Assembly (NCBI GenBank): GCA_965203055.1
Contig: OZ241863.1
Location: 800,001 to 864,000 of the forward strand
Direction: 5' to 3'
DNA from: Spirochaetia bacterium
Lineage (GTDB): Bacteria; Spirochaetota; Spirochaetia; SZUA-6; Bin103
DNA: 64,000 bases
The notes below the pieces were generated by a model. It saw only the letters and a program-made list of their open reading frames with translations. It did not search any database and was not told where the DNA came from. Positions 1 through 10,025 of the stretch are shown piece by piece; the first letter of the stretch is position 1; every line of letters starts with the position of its first letter. Made by a program: the position numbers and the translations under genes.

Positions 1-1
1 T

Positions 2-919
2 ACGAGGATCTACGGGCTTGCGGTCGCCACGATCGTCGGGATGGTCGGAGAACTCATTGCCGTGAGCTGGGCACTGAAGTTGCGCGGAATCGCCTTGCTT
101 CCGCGGCGCGCCGCGAGTAGCGCCGCGAGTCGGCAGGTGATTTCTCAGTATTTTCCCATTCTGGCGGGCGCCCTGCTGATGAGCGGTACCGCGTTTGTGG
201 ACGAGGCGATGGCGGCCTCGCTGTCTGCGGGCAGTCTGGCGTCCCTCAGCTACGGCGGGCGATTCGTAAACGTAATCCTGCAGGTCCTGTCAGGCGCTAT
301 CGCAACGGCCGTACTTCCGTTCTTTTCCAAGCTCGTCGACGAGCGCAATTGGAGCGCGCTGCGATCGCTGCTCAGGGTGTACATTGCGCGCATACTTGTC
401 GTAACGGCCGGAATTACGCTCTTGCTGGTCGTCTCTTCCGAGACGTTGATAGGCTTGGTACTGCAACGAGGCGTATTTGGACACGGAGACACCGTACTGG
501 TCGGACGAATTCAGGCGGTGTACGCGTTGCAGATTCCCTTCTACGTCTGCGGGATAATGCTCGTTCGCGTGATCTCGTCGCTGAAGGCCAATCATGTCCT
601 CGTGATCGGGTCGTTCGCCAACCTCGTCATCAACATCTGCTTGAATTACCTCTTCATGCAGATATGGGGCGTTACGGGAGTGGCGCTTTCGACGGTCTGC
701 GTGTATCTGTTTTCGACCGCCTATATCATGATCATGGTATATCGAATTCTCCTCAGCGGGGGCGGCGCAGCGCGGCTATCCGATCGGCAGCGGAGTGGTG
801 GAAGCGGCGTACAAGACGCTGGTCACCGAACGGCTGAAGCGTTCGGGGATGCGCTGGCGAGAGGCCGGGGGGCAAGCGATTCTGACGTTACGAGGCTGGG
901 TGCAGAGCGGTCGTTTTGA
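2..919 (+). CDS. MurJ/MviN-like (MOP superfamily) flippase, 5'-partial; C-terminal ~50 aa run into an IS remnant
   Basis: Frame is open to the window edge. Multiple hydrophobic segments, with MviN-like motifs VDEAMAASL..GS.ASLSYG and IATAVLPFFS. The hydrophilic tail after ~760 is read out of frame across a transposase fragment. Confidence 0.75.
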   Translation, partial: TRIYGLAVATIVGMVGELIAVSWALKLRGIALLPRRAASSAASRQVISQYFPILAGALLMSGTAFVDEAMAASLSAGSLASLSYGGRFVNVILQVLSGAIATAVLPFFSKLVDERNWSALRSLLRVYIARILVVTAGITLLLVVSSETLIGLVLQRGVFGHGDTVLVGRIQAVYALQIPFYVCGIMLVRVISSLKANHVLVIGSFANLVINICLNYLFMQIWGVTGVALSTVCVYLFSTAYIMIMVYRILLSGGGAARLSDRQRSGGSGVQDAGHRTAEAFGDALARGRGASDSDVTRLGAERSF

Positions 920-971
920 GACAGCGTGGACGCTGCTTGCGGCCATGTATCGAGACGAGGTAAGACGCTGA
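762..971 (+). pseudogene. C-terminal fragment of ISKra4/ISLre2-type (UPF0236) transposase
   Basis: Own translation: RGYPIGSGVVEAAYKTLVTERLKRSGMRWREAGGQAILTLRGWVQSGRF. This parallels LPIGSGAVESTCK..RLKGSGMIW..GAQGMLQL..KSGRF of the intact transposase at 59920-61323. Confidence 0.85.
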
Positions 972-993
972 CGTACGACGTACGCCCGCTGCG

Positions 994-2091
994 TCAATGA
1001 GCCGATATGCAGGACGTGATCAATCGCTCCCACATCCCCATTACCTTGTCCTTTCCGAAGCGCTTGGCCACCTCTATCCCGTTGGCCGCAAGACGCTCGC
1101 GCTCCGCCTGGTCAGCCATCAACCGATCCATTGCTTCGGCCAGCTTGTTCACGTCGTCGGATGGAACGAGAATGCCATCGATACCATCCCTTACGATGTG
1201 ACGAGGACCAGGACAGTCGAAGCTCAATACCGGGACTCCGCACGCCATCGCTTCGCACAGCACGTTAGGGAACCCTTCAAATCGAGAAGACATTACAAAC
1301 AGTCCGGCCTCCCGCATCTCTGAGAACGGATCCGATGTCCACCCAGGAAGCGCAACTCGACCTTGCAGATCGAGCCGATCGCGCAGCAGTTCAAGCTCCT
1401 GTCGATCATTTCCCTCTCCCCAGATCTGCAAGGACCACCCAGGATGATTTGCGGCGACCATCGAGAACGCGGTGATCAACCGGTCAAACCCCTTCTGATG
1501 AACAAGCCGACCCATCGCCATTACGGTTTTGTTCCTGCCACCGGCACGCGCAAGACCAGCGTCGAATGGCACCGAGACCGGATTGGGTATTACCCGTCCT
1601 CGCCGCCGGATCGGGTCCGGGAAGTACCGGAGCGCGTCCGGCGTGAGCGCTACGACAAACGTAGCGTAACGATAACACCATCTTCGAAGTACGCTCCATG
1701 CCGCCCCAATTCGATGGCGTGAAGGATCGATGCGCTCGGATACGATCACCGGGATGCCGAGTCCCAAGGTCGCCAATATCGTCTTTACGTTCACCACGTC
1801 CAGGAACGACACTATGGCGTCCGGCGTACTGTCCCTGATCGCACGTCGTATGACAGGAAGACGTTTCAGGTTGTTACCGACGGCTTGGACTACCCCGCTG
1901 GACGGACGCTCAATATCCAAATGCCGATGATCTACCGCCGCGTGAAGGCCGTAGGCGGGAGCTTCGCGACCATCATCGTACGTCAGCAGCGTAACCCTCC
2001 ATCCGCATGCGGCCCAATGGCTTGCCATGATCGACATCACGCGCTCCGCGCCGCCGCCTCTGAGCGAAGAAATAACTAGTGTGATCCGCAC
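994..2091 (-). CDS. Glycosyltransferase family 4 (PglJ/PglH-like), 365 aa
   Basis: Motifs ITLVISSLRGGGAER, GRLVHQKGFD and SRFEGFPNVLCEAMACG. GTG at 2091 is preceded by GAGGAGG. The upstream part of the listed 504-aa ORF is Rpn remnant. Confidence 0.9.
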   Translation of the reverse strand: MRITLVISSLRGGGAERVMSIMASHWAACGWRVTLLTYDDGREAPAYGLHAAVDHRHLDIERPSSGVVQAVGNNLKRLPVIRRAIRDSTPDAIVSFLDVVNVKTILATLGLGIPVIVSERIDPSRHRIGAAWSVLRRWCYRYATFVVALTPDALRYFPDPIRRRGRVIPNPVSVPFDAGLARAGGRNKTVMAMGRLVHQKGFDRLITAFSMVAANHPGWSLQIWGEGNDRQELELLRDRLDLQGRVALPGWTSDPFSEMREAGLFVMSSRFEGFPNVLCEAMACGVPVLSFDCPGPRHIVRDGIDGILVPSDDVNKLAEAMDRLMADQAERERLAANGIEVAKRFGKDKVMGMWERLITSCISAH

Positions 2092-2099
2092 TACGATCA

Positions 2100-2699
2100 C
2101 CTCCTCGTAGTCGTGAATCGACGGCAACTCCACGGCCCACTTCCGGCCCAGGCGCGCAGCCACAGGTTGAAACTCTTCGTCAGCTCCGGCTCGCCCTCTG
2201 CCGCCAGCCACTGCCCCAACTCCCGCACCCGCGTCGCCATCTCCCGGCGTGCCGGCTGCGCTCCACGCCCGCACCCAGGTTATCAGGTTCGGGCGCGGCA
2301 GACCATCCGCTGCCATCGCCACCAGATCAACCAGGTTGTAGCTCAGCGCAAGCTGCGCCGGCCGTCGTACTCCGGACTCGTTGGCACCAACTCGCCAACT
2401 ACCGGCGCGCGCCCCACTTGGTGGCGGCGTTGTACCGCACGACGTGCAGGCATCGGGTCGGCGGTGTCGCCCTTGCGGCACGGGCGCCGGTGGTCGCGGT
2501 AGCGCCACTGGTAGAGCAGTTCAGGAACCGGAGCGGCATAGAGTGATCTACCGACGACGACCGATGCTCGATCAGCACCTGCGTGGTCTGCAAGCTGCGG
2601 TCGGCCCCGCGGCGTTCGATGGACAGACGACGTCGCTGAGGCGCCGGCGCCGGTTAGTCGGTGACGTGCTCGGCGGGGCCTTCGCACAGGGAGTCGAAG
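2100..2699 (-). pseudogene. Decayed Rpn type A gene (homolog of 15395-16432), lacking the RpnS tail
   Basis: Frameshifted pieces QVLIEHRSSSVDHSMPLRFLN, LALSYNLVDLVAMAADGLPRPNLITW and KWAVELPSIHDYEE match rpnA1 at DNA and protein level. Confidence 0.9.
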
Positions 2700-3047
2700 T
2701 CTGCCGTAGCGTGGGTACAGCATCGTCCATTCTCCTGACTGCTAAAAACGGCGTGGCGTCAGCGGGGCCATACCGGCGGCCGGCCGCGCTTGAGCGTGTG
2801 GCACTTGGTAGTATACATTCTCCTGAACCAAGAGCAGCCACTGGGTTTGATTGGGAAATCGAGTATGCCCATGAGGACGACAGCGCATCGTAGGCGTGGC
2901 TGGCGAGGCAACCTCATCATCGATGCCACGGGGAGAACCTTGACGGAACGAAACGGCCACCGCCGGCTGTACCGTGTGCGCCGTCGTCGATGCACTCCGT
3001 CAAAATAGTACTCGTGTCCTTCTTCTCACGTAGCGAGAGATAGTCAA

Positions 3048-4154
3048 GTGAAGATCATCGTTGTGATAAACGTCCTGAGTCGCGGTGGCGCGGAACGGGT
3101 AGTATGCCGGTTGACGAAGGAATGGGCCAAACGCCACGATGTTCATATTGCCGTTTTCGATGCCACTCAACCAGTCTACGAGTTCGGTGGCCGGATCACA
3201 GACTTGGGAGTTCCCGCGCCTACGTTACTACGTAAGATTTCCAGACTATTTCGCGGATCATTCCGCCTTGCAAGTATCTTTCGCCAATATCGCCCAGATC
3301 GTATTGTATCTTTTATGGAAAGCGCCAGTATTCCGGCTATCTTCGGTGCGGCAATGAGCGGTTTTCTAAATGTACTTTGGGTCAGTGTCAGGCTTAATCC
3401 AGCCTGTATACCTATTCCTTATCTGGTTTTGATTCCTGTGCTGTACCGGCTTGCGGACCGGGTTGTAGCGCCGTCCGAAGGCGTGCGCGACAGTCTCGCC
3501 AAGATGGGGCTTCCGCGAGCAAAGTTGTCGGTTATTCGCAATCCTGTCGTCTTCCCGAGCTTGCGCACTAGGTCTCCATCGCCGTTCCCTTTTCCGTACA
3601 TCCTGGGAGCAGGTAGACTGCACCGACAGAAGGGATTCGATCGCTTGCTGAAGTCGTTCCGTAGTATAGGCTCCCCGGACGTGCACCTCGTCATCCTCGG
3701 TGATGGACCGGAACGAGATCGTCTAATCGGTATGACAAACCGCCTCGGCATTGGGTCACGGGTACACTTTCCGGGCGCGTCTTCGGATATCGAGCGGTGG
3801 TTCGACCATGCCCGTTGCTTTGTCCTATCCTCACGCTACGAAGGATGGCCGAACGTGCTCATGGAAGCAATGGCGTACGGATGTCCCGTAGTCAGCTTCG
3901 ATTGCCGATACGGACCGTCTGAAATCGTTGAGAACGGGATAAGTGGAATCCTGATCGCACAGCGTGACGTCGCAGGCCTGCGTGACGCTATCTCACGTAT
4001 CTTGAACGACGTGGAACACCGCCATCGACTGACGGAGGCCGGAAGGGCAAGAGGCAAGCTGTACTCAATCGATAGAATCGCGCCACTGTGGCTTACTGAC
4101 GACGGCGCTTTCGCCACTGGTTCTAACGCCGCTGATAAATTTCCGGCGCAGTAG
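3048..4154 (+). CDS. Glycosyltransferase family 4
   Basis: Motifs GGAERV, GRLHRQKGFD and SRYEGWPNVLMEAMAYG (EX7E motif). Confidence 0.9.
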   Translation: MKIIVVINVLSRGGAERVVCRLTKEWAKRHDVHIAVFDATQPVYEFGGRITDLGVPAPTLLRKISRLFRGSFRLASIFRQYRPDRIVSFMESASIPAIFGAAMSGFLNVLWVSVRLNPACIPIPYLVLIPVLYRLADRVVAPSEGVRDSLAKMGLPRAKLSVIRNPVVFPSLRTRSPSPFPFPYILGAGRLHRQKGFDRLLKSFRSIGSPDVHLVILGDGPERDRLIGMTNRLGIGSRVHFPGASSDIERWFDHARCFVLSSRYEGWPNVLMEAMAYGCPVVSFDCRYGPSEIVENGISGILIAQRDVAGLRDAISRILNDVEHRHRLTEAGRARGKLYSIDRIAPLWLTDDGAFATGSNAADKFPAQ

Positions 4155-4206
4155 GATTGAGCGGCGCACCAGTGAGACGATAGGATCGTACTGCGCGATA
4201 GCTTCA

Positions 4207-5115
4207 ATGGAATTTACGGTATTCACCGCGACTTACAATCGGGCTCACCTGTTGCACCGCGTCTACGACAGTCTGAGGGCACAGACGTTTCGCAATTTCG
4301 AGTGGCTGGTAATCGATGACGGTTCAACCGATGGGACCGGGGCTTTGATAAATGCATGGCGTGATGAGGCTAATTTTCCGATACGCTATTTCCGTCAGGA
4401 CAATCAGGGCAAGCACGTGGCGTACAATCACGCCGTGCCATATGCCAGAGGCAGATTCTTCTTGACGTTCGACTCGGACGATGCCTGCGTGCCGCACGCG
4501 TTGGAAAGGCTCAAGCACTATTGGGACGCGATACCGGACCGGGAGAAGCCGAACTTTTCCGCCGTTACCGTTCTGTGCATGGATGAAGCGGGGCGTATCG
4601 TCGGCGACCGCTTTCCCTGTCAAGTTACCGATTCCGATTCGCTCGAATTGCAATATCGATTCAAGGTCCGGGGAGAGAAATGGGGATTCCAACGTACGGA
4701 AGTCATGCGGAACTACCCGTTCCCGGTCCCTGATCAGAAGCTGTCCCACGTTCCCGAATCGATTGTGTGGGACCGCATTGCCCGGAAGTACAAGACCCGC
4801 TTCGTGAACGATCCCTTGCGTATCTATCATACCGAATCAGACCACATAACTGCCGCGGCTAACATCAGAAGAAATGCGTACTCGTTCATGCTCGGCAATC
4901 AAATTAGGTTGAACGAGCATATCGATTATCTCCGACACGCGCCGATTGCTTTTCTGAAATCGGCTGCCAACTATGTTCGCTGTTCGCTGCACGTGCGCAA
5001 GAACCCCATCGATATTTTGACTTCGCTGGGGAATCAACGGGCGAGGTTGCTGTGTCTGGCCGCTTTTCCGCTTGGCTGCGGCGTATACTTGCGCGACGTG
5101 AGGCGTGGCCGATGA
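4207..5115 (+). CDS. Glycosyltransferase family 2
   Basis: Motifs TVFTATYNRA, IDDGSTDGT and DSDD (DXD). Confidence 0.9.
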   Translation: MEFTVFTATYNRAHLLHRVYDSLRAQTFRNFEWLVIDDGSTDGTGALINAWRDEANFPIRYFRQDNQGKHVAYNHAVPYARGRFFLTFDSDDACVPHALERLKHYWDAIPDREKPNFSAVTVLCMDEAGRIVGDRFPCQVTDSDSLELQYRFKVRGEKWGFQRTEVMRNYPFPVPDQKLSHVPESIVWDRIARKYKTRFVNDPLRIYHTESDHITAAANIRRNAYSFMLGNQIRLNEHIDYLRHAPIAFLKSAANYVRCSLHVRKNPIDILTSLGNQRARLLCLAAFPLGCGVYLRDVRRGR

Positions 5116-5183
5116 GATGGCGGACACTTCCATGCGGATAAGCGGCGTGGCTTGGTAAGCATTGGCAATTGCGGCATATTAGG

Positions 5184-6002
5184 TTATTTGAAGGTGGCAT
5201 TGCGTACAAAACCGAATAGATGATTGCCGGTACCCTCACTGGGCGTTACCGTCGATGCGATGAACCCCCTTTCGCGAAAGAAATCGACGACCTCCTTCCA
5301 CTTTGCATACTCATACGGATAGCCGCCGATCCAGTCCAGTATGTCGGTCACTACATGCATCCCTCTTTCACGTTTGTAGGCGGCAAACAAGTTGGTCCTT
5401 CTTCGAATGGAAGAAATCGCCATTCTACCAAGTTGATACGGCACGAATACAATGGATGTAGCAATTCTCGTAGCAACGTTGAAATTGTAAAACTTCTTGA
5501 CTCGGAGCCACATCTGAGATCTCGAGCCACAGTCATTGTAGATCGCGAGACACAGGGTTCCTCCATTTTCTGTCAGCCCCGCCACGTTGTCCATTGCGGT
5601 CCACATGTCGCCGGTATGGTGCAAGACACCCCATGCATATACGATGTCGTAAGTGTTCAACGATCTCAAAAATTCCTCGTCCAGTACGGATCCTTGTAGA
5701 ACGGTCCAGTCCGGATCACCAGGGAAATAGTGGTCTCTGAGTTCCTTGGCGCACGAAACCGCGTCCGGGTCGTAGTCGAAGGAAACCACTTTGCAACCGG
5801 CAGAGCGCGCGCATAGCGAAAAGAGGCCACTGCCGCATCCGACGTCAAGAAAGCGCTTGCCAGCGATCGTCTCGTCAGTAATGCTGTCATCGGCGTTGGA
5901 GACCATGGTCAGCAGCGATCGCTTGGCAATATCAATGTCCGCATCGGACATGGTGGACAGGTACTTCTTCCAGTTTCTTCCGAATCCAAACCGTGACTTC
6001 AT
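5184..6002 (-). CDS. Class I SAM-dependent methyltransferase (UbiG-like, polysaccharide-associated)
   Basis: Motif I FLDVGCGSGLFS; YDIVYAWGVLHHTG. Confidence 0.85.
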   Translation of the reverse strand: MKSRFGFGRNWKKYLSTMSDADIDIAKRSLLTMVSNADDSITDETIAGKRFLDVGCGSGLFSLCARSAGCKVVSFDYDPDAVSCAKELRDHYFPGDPDWTVLQGSVLDEEFLRSLNTYDIVYAWGVLHHTGDMWTAMDNVAGLTENGGTLCLAIYNDCGSRSQMWLRVKKFYNFNVATRIATSIVFVPYQLGRMAISSIRRRTNLFAAYKRERGMHVVTDILDWIGGYPYEYAKWKEVVDFFRERGFIASTVTPSEGTGNHLFGFVRNATFK

Positions 6003-6210
6003 TATTTCTATCTGCTGGCTGGTTAGCCCGGCGGCACCGTATAGGGTGTCGCCTGGTTAATCTACCCCTACCGTTCAGCGACAATCAAGATGAGAACGCG
6101 CGCTCGGCGAGTCGGGGCGGCTGCCTCCAGATAGGAGGAGGATTGAGGGCCGCCCGCCAGCGACGTGCCCACGGAGGCGCGCCGCTCGTAGTCAGTGGCG
6201 GGGCGGCGCC

Positions 6211-6755
6211 TGAGTCCGATCTGTTGTAATCTCTACCGGAGCCGCGCCGGCAGTGTACCTGGCTGTACGTGCATCAATCGACGTCCGCAGCCGTGACCGG
6301 TGGATGCGCCTGCGGCTGTTGCAGTACCGCTGCCGGATCTGGGAACGCGACCGGCGCCGCTATCGTGCGGCGACGGTGTTGCGCCCGATCGTACCGATGG
6401 TGTTCTATCTGGGAGGTGGTCGCGGTGCCACCCTACCGAGTTTCATGCTATGCTGCGTGCCATCGCGCAACCAGGTGCAACCCGCATCTGCCAGCCGCAT
6501 GACCGTCTGTTTCGCTGGTGGCGGTGTAGCGCCACAATTCAGATAGACGCCGGTTGGGACGTGTGATGGCGCTCGCGAACGGCTGGTGCCCAAGGAGCAG
6601 CAGCGAACGTACCGTGATCGAGCGATCGTCCTTTGGTCAACTGCACTCGCCGGCCAGCGGGCTCATAGTAGATGGTACGGCGACCAGGAGGCGACAATAT
6701 GAAAACGTATGTAGAGGAATTGATCCATGCCGGGTTCCTACCGTCACGTAGTTGA
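6211..6755 (+). pseudogene. Decayed Rpn type B gene (homolog of 17835-18896) including a remnant internal RpnS start
   Basis: ESDLL, RDRWMRLRLLQYRCRIWERDRRRY and LRPIVPMVFYLG match rpnB. CCAAGGAGCAGCAGCG (~6590) matches CCAAGGAGCTGCAGCG. GGAGG-N7-ATG at 6699 gives PGGDN-MKTYVEELI, versus PEGDI-MNYVEEI in rpnB. Confidence 0.85.
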
Positions 6756-6831
6756 GGAACGGATAATCAGAAGTGGCAACTGACGACAACTCTTTGGAAC
6801 TTGACCGTAGCCATAGTATGCTGGTTGCAAG

Positions 6832-8772
6832 ATGTGCGGCGTAGTTGGGTTCGTTCAGCCCGGCGGCTTTGTACGCCAAGAAGCGATCCTGACGTCCTCC
6901 AAGATGGCCGACGCGGTTGCGCATCGCGGACCGGACGACTCAGACGTGTGGCTGGATGAGACGACCGGAGTTGCGTTGGCTCATCGTCGTCTTGCCGTTA
7001 TCGATCTGTCCGCTGCCGGGCATCAGCCAATGGTCTCACAATCTGGGCGCTACGTTATCTCGTTCAATGGTGAAATCTACAATCACCTGGATATCCGACG
7101 TCGATTGGAGACTCGATATCCCGATGAGATCGTATGGAAAGGCACGTCTGATACGGAGTCGATTTTGGCTGCAATAGAGTGTCTTGGACTACAGGACGCG
7201 CTGCAACAGTCGGTCGGAATGTTTGCGTTTGGACTGTGGGATAGACAAGAGAGGAAACTCTATCTGGCGAGGGATCGCCTCGGCGAAAAGCCACTCTACT
7301 TCGGATGGCAGAATCAAGTTTTCCTGTTTTCGTCCGAGCTCAAAGGCATGGCGTGTCATCCCGCGTTTTCAGGTGTAGTTGATCGAGGCGCGGTAGCATT
7401 ATTCACACGGTACGGCTACATTCCGGCTCCCTGGTCGATCTATGAAGGGATACAAAAACTCGCTCCGGGGGCATTTCTTGAGCTCTCGGTCGGCCGCGGT
7501 GCTCAATGTTACGGTGAGCTCCCGGAGTCAAAACGTTACTGGTCGTTACAGGATGTCATCGAGAGGGGCACAGAGCGGCCATTCGAGGGCGATACTAGCG
7601 AGGCAGTGGAGGTCTTGCACGAAATACTGCGTCAGGCCGTCGTATCTCAGGCTATTGCAGACGTGCCGCTGGGCGCGTTCCTTTCAGGAGGCGTCGACTC
7701 GTCCACGATAGTCGCGCTGATGCAGGCTCACTCTTCACGGCCGGTAAGGACCTTTACCATCGGATTCGGAGAGCATCACTACGACGAGGCGGTTCACGCA
7801 AGGAAAGTAGCAGAGCTTCTTGGTACCGACCATACCGAAATGTACGTGTCGCCGCAGGATGCGTTGAATGCCATTCCCAGATTGCCGGTATTGTACGATG
7901 AGCCATTCTCTGATTCTTCACAGATCCCGACGGCGCTGGTGGCCGAAATGGCGCGGAAGCATGTCACGGTGGCCCTGTCGGGCGACGGCGGGGACGAGGT
8001 GTTCGGCGGCTACGCGCGCTACTCTTCGGCGCGTGCGCTTTGGAGGGTTTTGTCTCCGCTCCCGAATGTAGTTCGCCAGACGTTCCAGCGTATCAGTGCT
8101 GCTATTCCTGCGCGCTGGCCGAGCTCCGGTATAGTGGGGAAAGCACGTATGCTATCCGATATTCTTGATTATCAATTTCCGACCGTTGAACAGCTATATT
8201 TCCTGCTGGTATCGCATTGGAGATCGCCGACGACAGTGGTAAATCAAGTGGATGAACCCCGAACCGTCCTTTCCGACCGTTCGATGTGGCCCGATGCCTC
8301 CGAAATGGAAGGCCGAATGATGGCGACTGACACTCTGACGTACTTGCCGGATGACATTCTGGTCAAGGTAGACCGGGCGGCGATGGCCGTTAGTCTGGAA
8401 ACACGCGCCCCACTTCTCGACCATCGAGTGGTAGAATTTGCTTGGCGGTTGCCGCTATCGCTCAAGATCAGAGGCGGTCAAGGTAAATGGATACTGCGGA
8501 AGGTCCTCCACGGCTATGTACCGCAGAAACTTGTCAAGCGTACCAAGAGAGGCTTCATCGTACCAATTGAATCGTGGCTCCGTGGGCCGCTTAGAGATTG
8601 GGGGGAGGCGCTTCTCGATGAACGCCGATTGCGTATTGACGGGTTCTTTCGGGTTGCTGCGATCAGGGAGCGATGGGCCGAGCATATCCGCGGCGTTAGA
8701 CAATGGGATAGATGCCTCTGGGACATATTGATGTTTCAGGCGTGGCTGGATGAGAACCGGCGGACGGCATGA
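6832..8772 (+). CDS. asnB: Asparagine synthase (glutamine-hydrolysing) family amidotransferase, probably sugar amidation
   Basis: N-terminal MCG, HRGPD, FNGEIYN, LSGGVDSS and SGDGGDE; located in the glycan cluster. Confidence 0.92.
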   Translation: MCGVVGFVQPGGFVRQEAILTSSKMADAVAHRGPDDSDVWLDETTGVALAHRRLAVIDLSAAGHQPMVSQSGRYVISFNGEIYNHLDIRRRLETRYPDEIVWKGTSDTESILAAIECLGLQDALQQSVGMFAFGLWDRQERKLYLARDRLGEKPLYFGWQNQVFLFSSELKGMACHPAFSGVVDRGAVALFTRYGYIPAPWSIYEGIQKLAPGAFLELSVGRGAQCYGELPESKRYWSLQDVIERGTERPFEGDTSEAVEVLHEILRQAVVSQAIADVPLGAFLSGGVDSSTIVALMQAHSSRPVRTFTIGFGEHHYDEAVHARKVAELLGTDHTEMYVSPQDALNAIPRLPVLYDEPFSDSSQIPTALVAEMARKHVTVALSGDGGDEVFGGYARYSSARALWRVLSPLPNVVRQTFQRISAAIPARWPSSGIVGKARMLSDILDYQFPTVEQLYFLLVSHWRSPTTVVNQVDEPRTVLSDRSMWPDASEMEGRMMATDTLTYLPDDILVKVDRAAMAVSLETRAPLLDHRVVEFAWRLPLSLKIRGGQGKWILRKVLHGYVPQKLVKRTKRGFIVPIESWLRGPLRDWGEALLDERRLRIDGFFRVAAIRERWAEHIRGVRQWDRCLWDILMFQAWLDENRRTA

Positions 8773-9956
8773 GCGATAGACAAGCGACGGCGGATCGCAA
8801 ACCGCGGATAGTAATGGTGATCGATCAGCTGGAGCCTGGTGGGGCACAGCGCCAGTTTTGTCTGTTGGCAACATCGTTGCATCGTAGAGGATTCAACGTG
8901 ACGGTGATGGTGTTCCGTCCGGACCTGTTTTTCGAGGATGCGTTGCAGGAGGCCGATATTCCGATCGTATATCTACGATCACAAAGCCGTATTGGTTTGT
9001 TGTTTCTGGTACCGAAGGAGATCCGTCGAGCAGACGCGGATGTCGTGATTAGTTTTCTTTCGTGGTCCAATTTGATGGTAGAACTAGCGCGTCTGCCAAC
9101 GCGAAACTTTGCGGTGATCGTGTCTGAAAGAGATCTGGATATTACGATGGGAGTCAAGCGTCGAATAGCCTACTACTGTCACAGATTAGCGGATGTTGTG
9201 GTAAGCAACTCATATGCTCAGGGGGAGATCGTAGCGCGGATCTTGAGACGTAGACGCGTAAGCACGACAGTGATCGTAAACGGGGTTGACATTGGACACT
9301 TCAAGCCTAATGAAGCCCCGCGAAACGGAGGCGGCAGTCTTCGCTTGTTGGTATTGGCGCGATTCGCACCACAGAAAAACGCGCTTCGATTCATCGAGGC
9401 GGTGAGCGTGGTATGCGCGCGCCATCCGGAGATCGGATTGGAGGTAGACTGGTATGGGAAGGCGCCGGCGGGCAGTCAGGAAGACGACGCGGTGTGGGCG
9501 AAGGCTCATCGCGACAAGCTGGCGGCATACTACCGGAGTGTGGTGGAGAAGATAGAGCGGCATCAGCTTCAAGGGCAATTTCGGATGCACGCTCCCAGAA
9601 AGGATGTCAGGAATCTGTACCTGCAATCGGACGTGGTGTGTATGCCATCGCTGCACGAAGGCTGTTCCAACGTGATCGCGGAGGCAATGGCATGCGGGAT
9701 TCCGATATTGGCGAGTTGCGTGGGCGACAACGTGAGGCTTGTCGAAGACGGGCGCAACGGATTGCTCTTCGACCCATTGTCGATCGACGAGATGGTCAGA
9801 GCGATTGTCGGCTTCGCGGAGCTACCTGCTTCTGCGCGAAGGAGGCTGGGCCAGGAAGGACGAAGAATGGCGGAGGAACTGCTGTCCGTGGACGTGTTCA
9901 CCGACCGATACGTCAGGCTGATCGGGGAAGTAAGCCGCGAGCGGTTCCGTGCATGA
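8769..9956 (+). CDS. Glycosyltransferase family 4
   Basis: Motifs GGAQRQ and PSLHEGCSNVIAEAMACG; ATGA overlap with asnB. Confidence 0.9.
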   Translation: MSDRQATADRKPRIVMVIDQLEPGGAQRQFCLLATSLHRRGFNVTVMVFRPDLFFEDALQEADIPIVYLRSQSRIGLLFLVPKEIRRADADVVISFLSWSNLMVELARLPTRNFAVIVSERDLDITMGVKRRIAYYCHRLADVVVSNSYAQGEIVARILRRRRVSTTVIVNGVDIGHFKPNEAPRNGGGSLRLLVLARFAPQKNALRFIEAVSVVCARHPEIGLEVDWYGKAPAGSQEDDAVWAKAHRDKLAAYYRSVVEKIERHQLQGQFRMHAPRKDVRNLYLQSDVVCMPSLHEGCSNVIAEAMACGIPILASCVGDNVRLVEDGRNGLLFDPLSIDEMVRAIVGFAELPASARRRLGQEGRRMAEELLSVDVFTDRYVRLIGEVSRERFRA

Positions 9957-10025
9957 GCGGAGCCGGGTGTGCGGAAGCGGACGGTGGCGCGCGGTATGCG
10001 CTGAGCTCCGCCGACTAACTGGACG

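Noticed and set aside
2092..2508. 504-aa Rpn-GT fusion protein from the ORF track
   Set aside because: The upstream part drifts in and out of the Rpn frame and is decayed. The SD-supported start is 2091.
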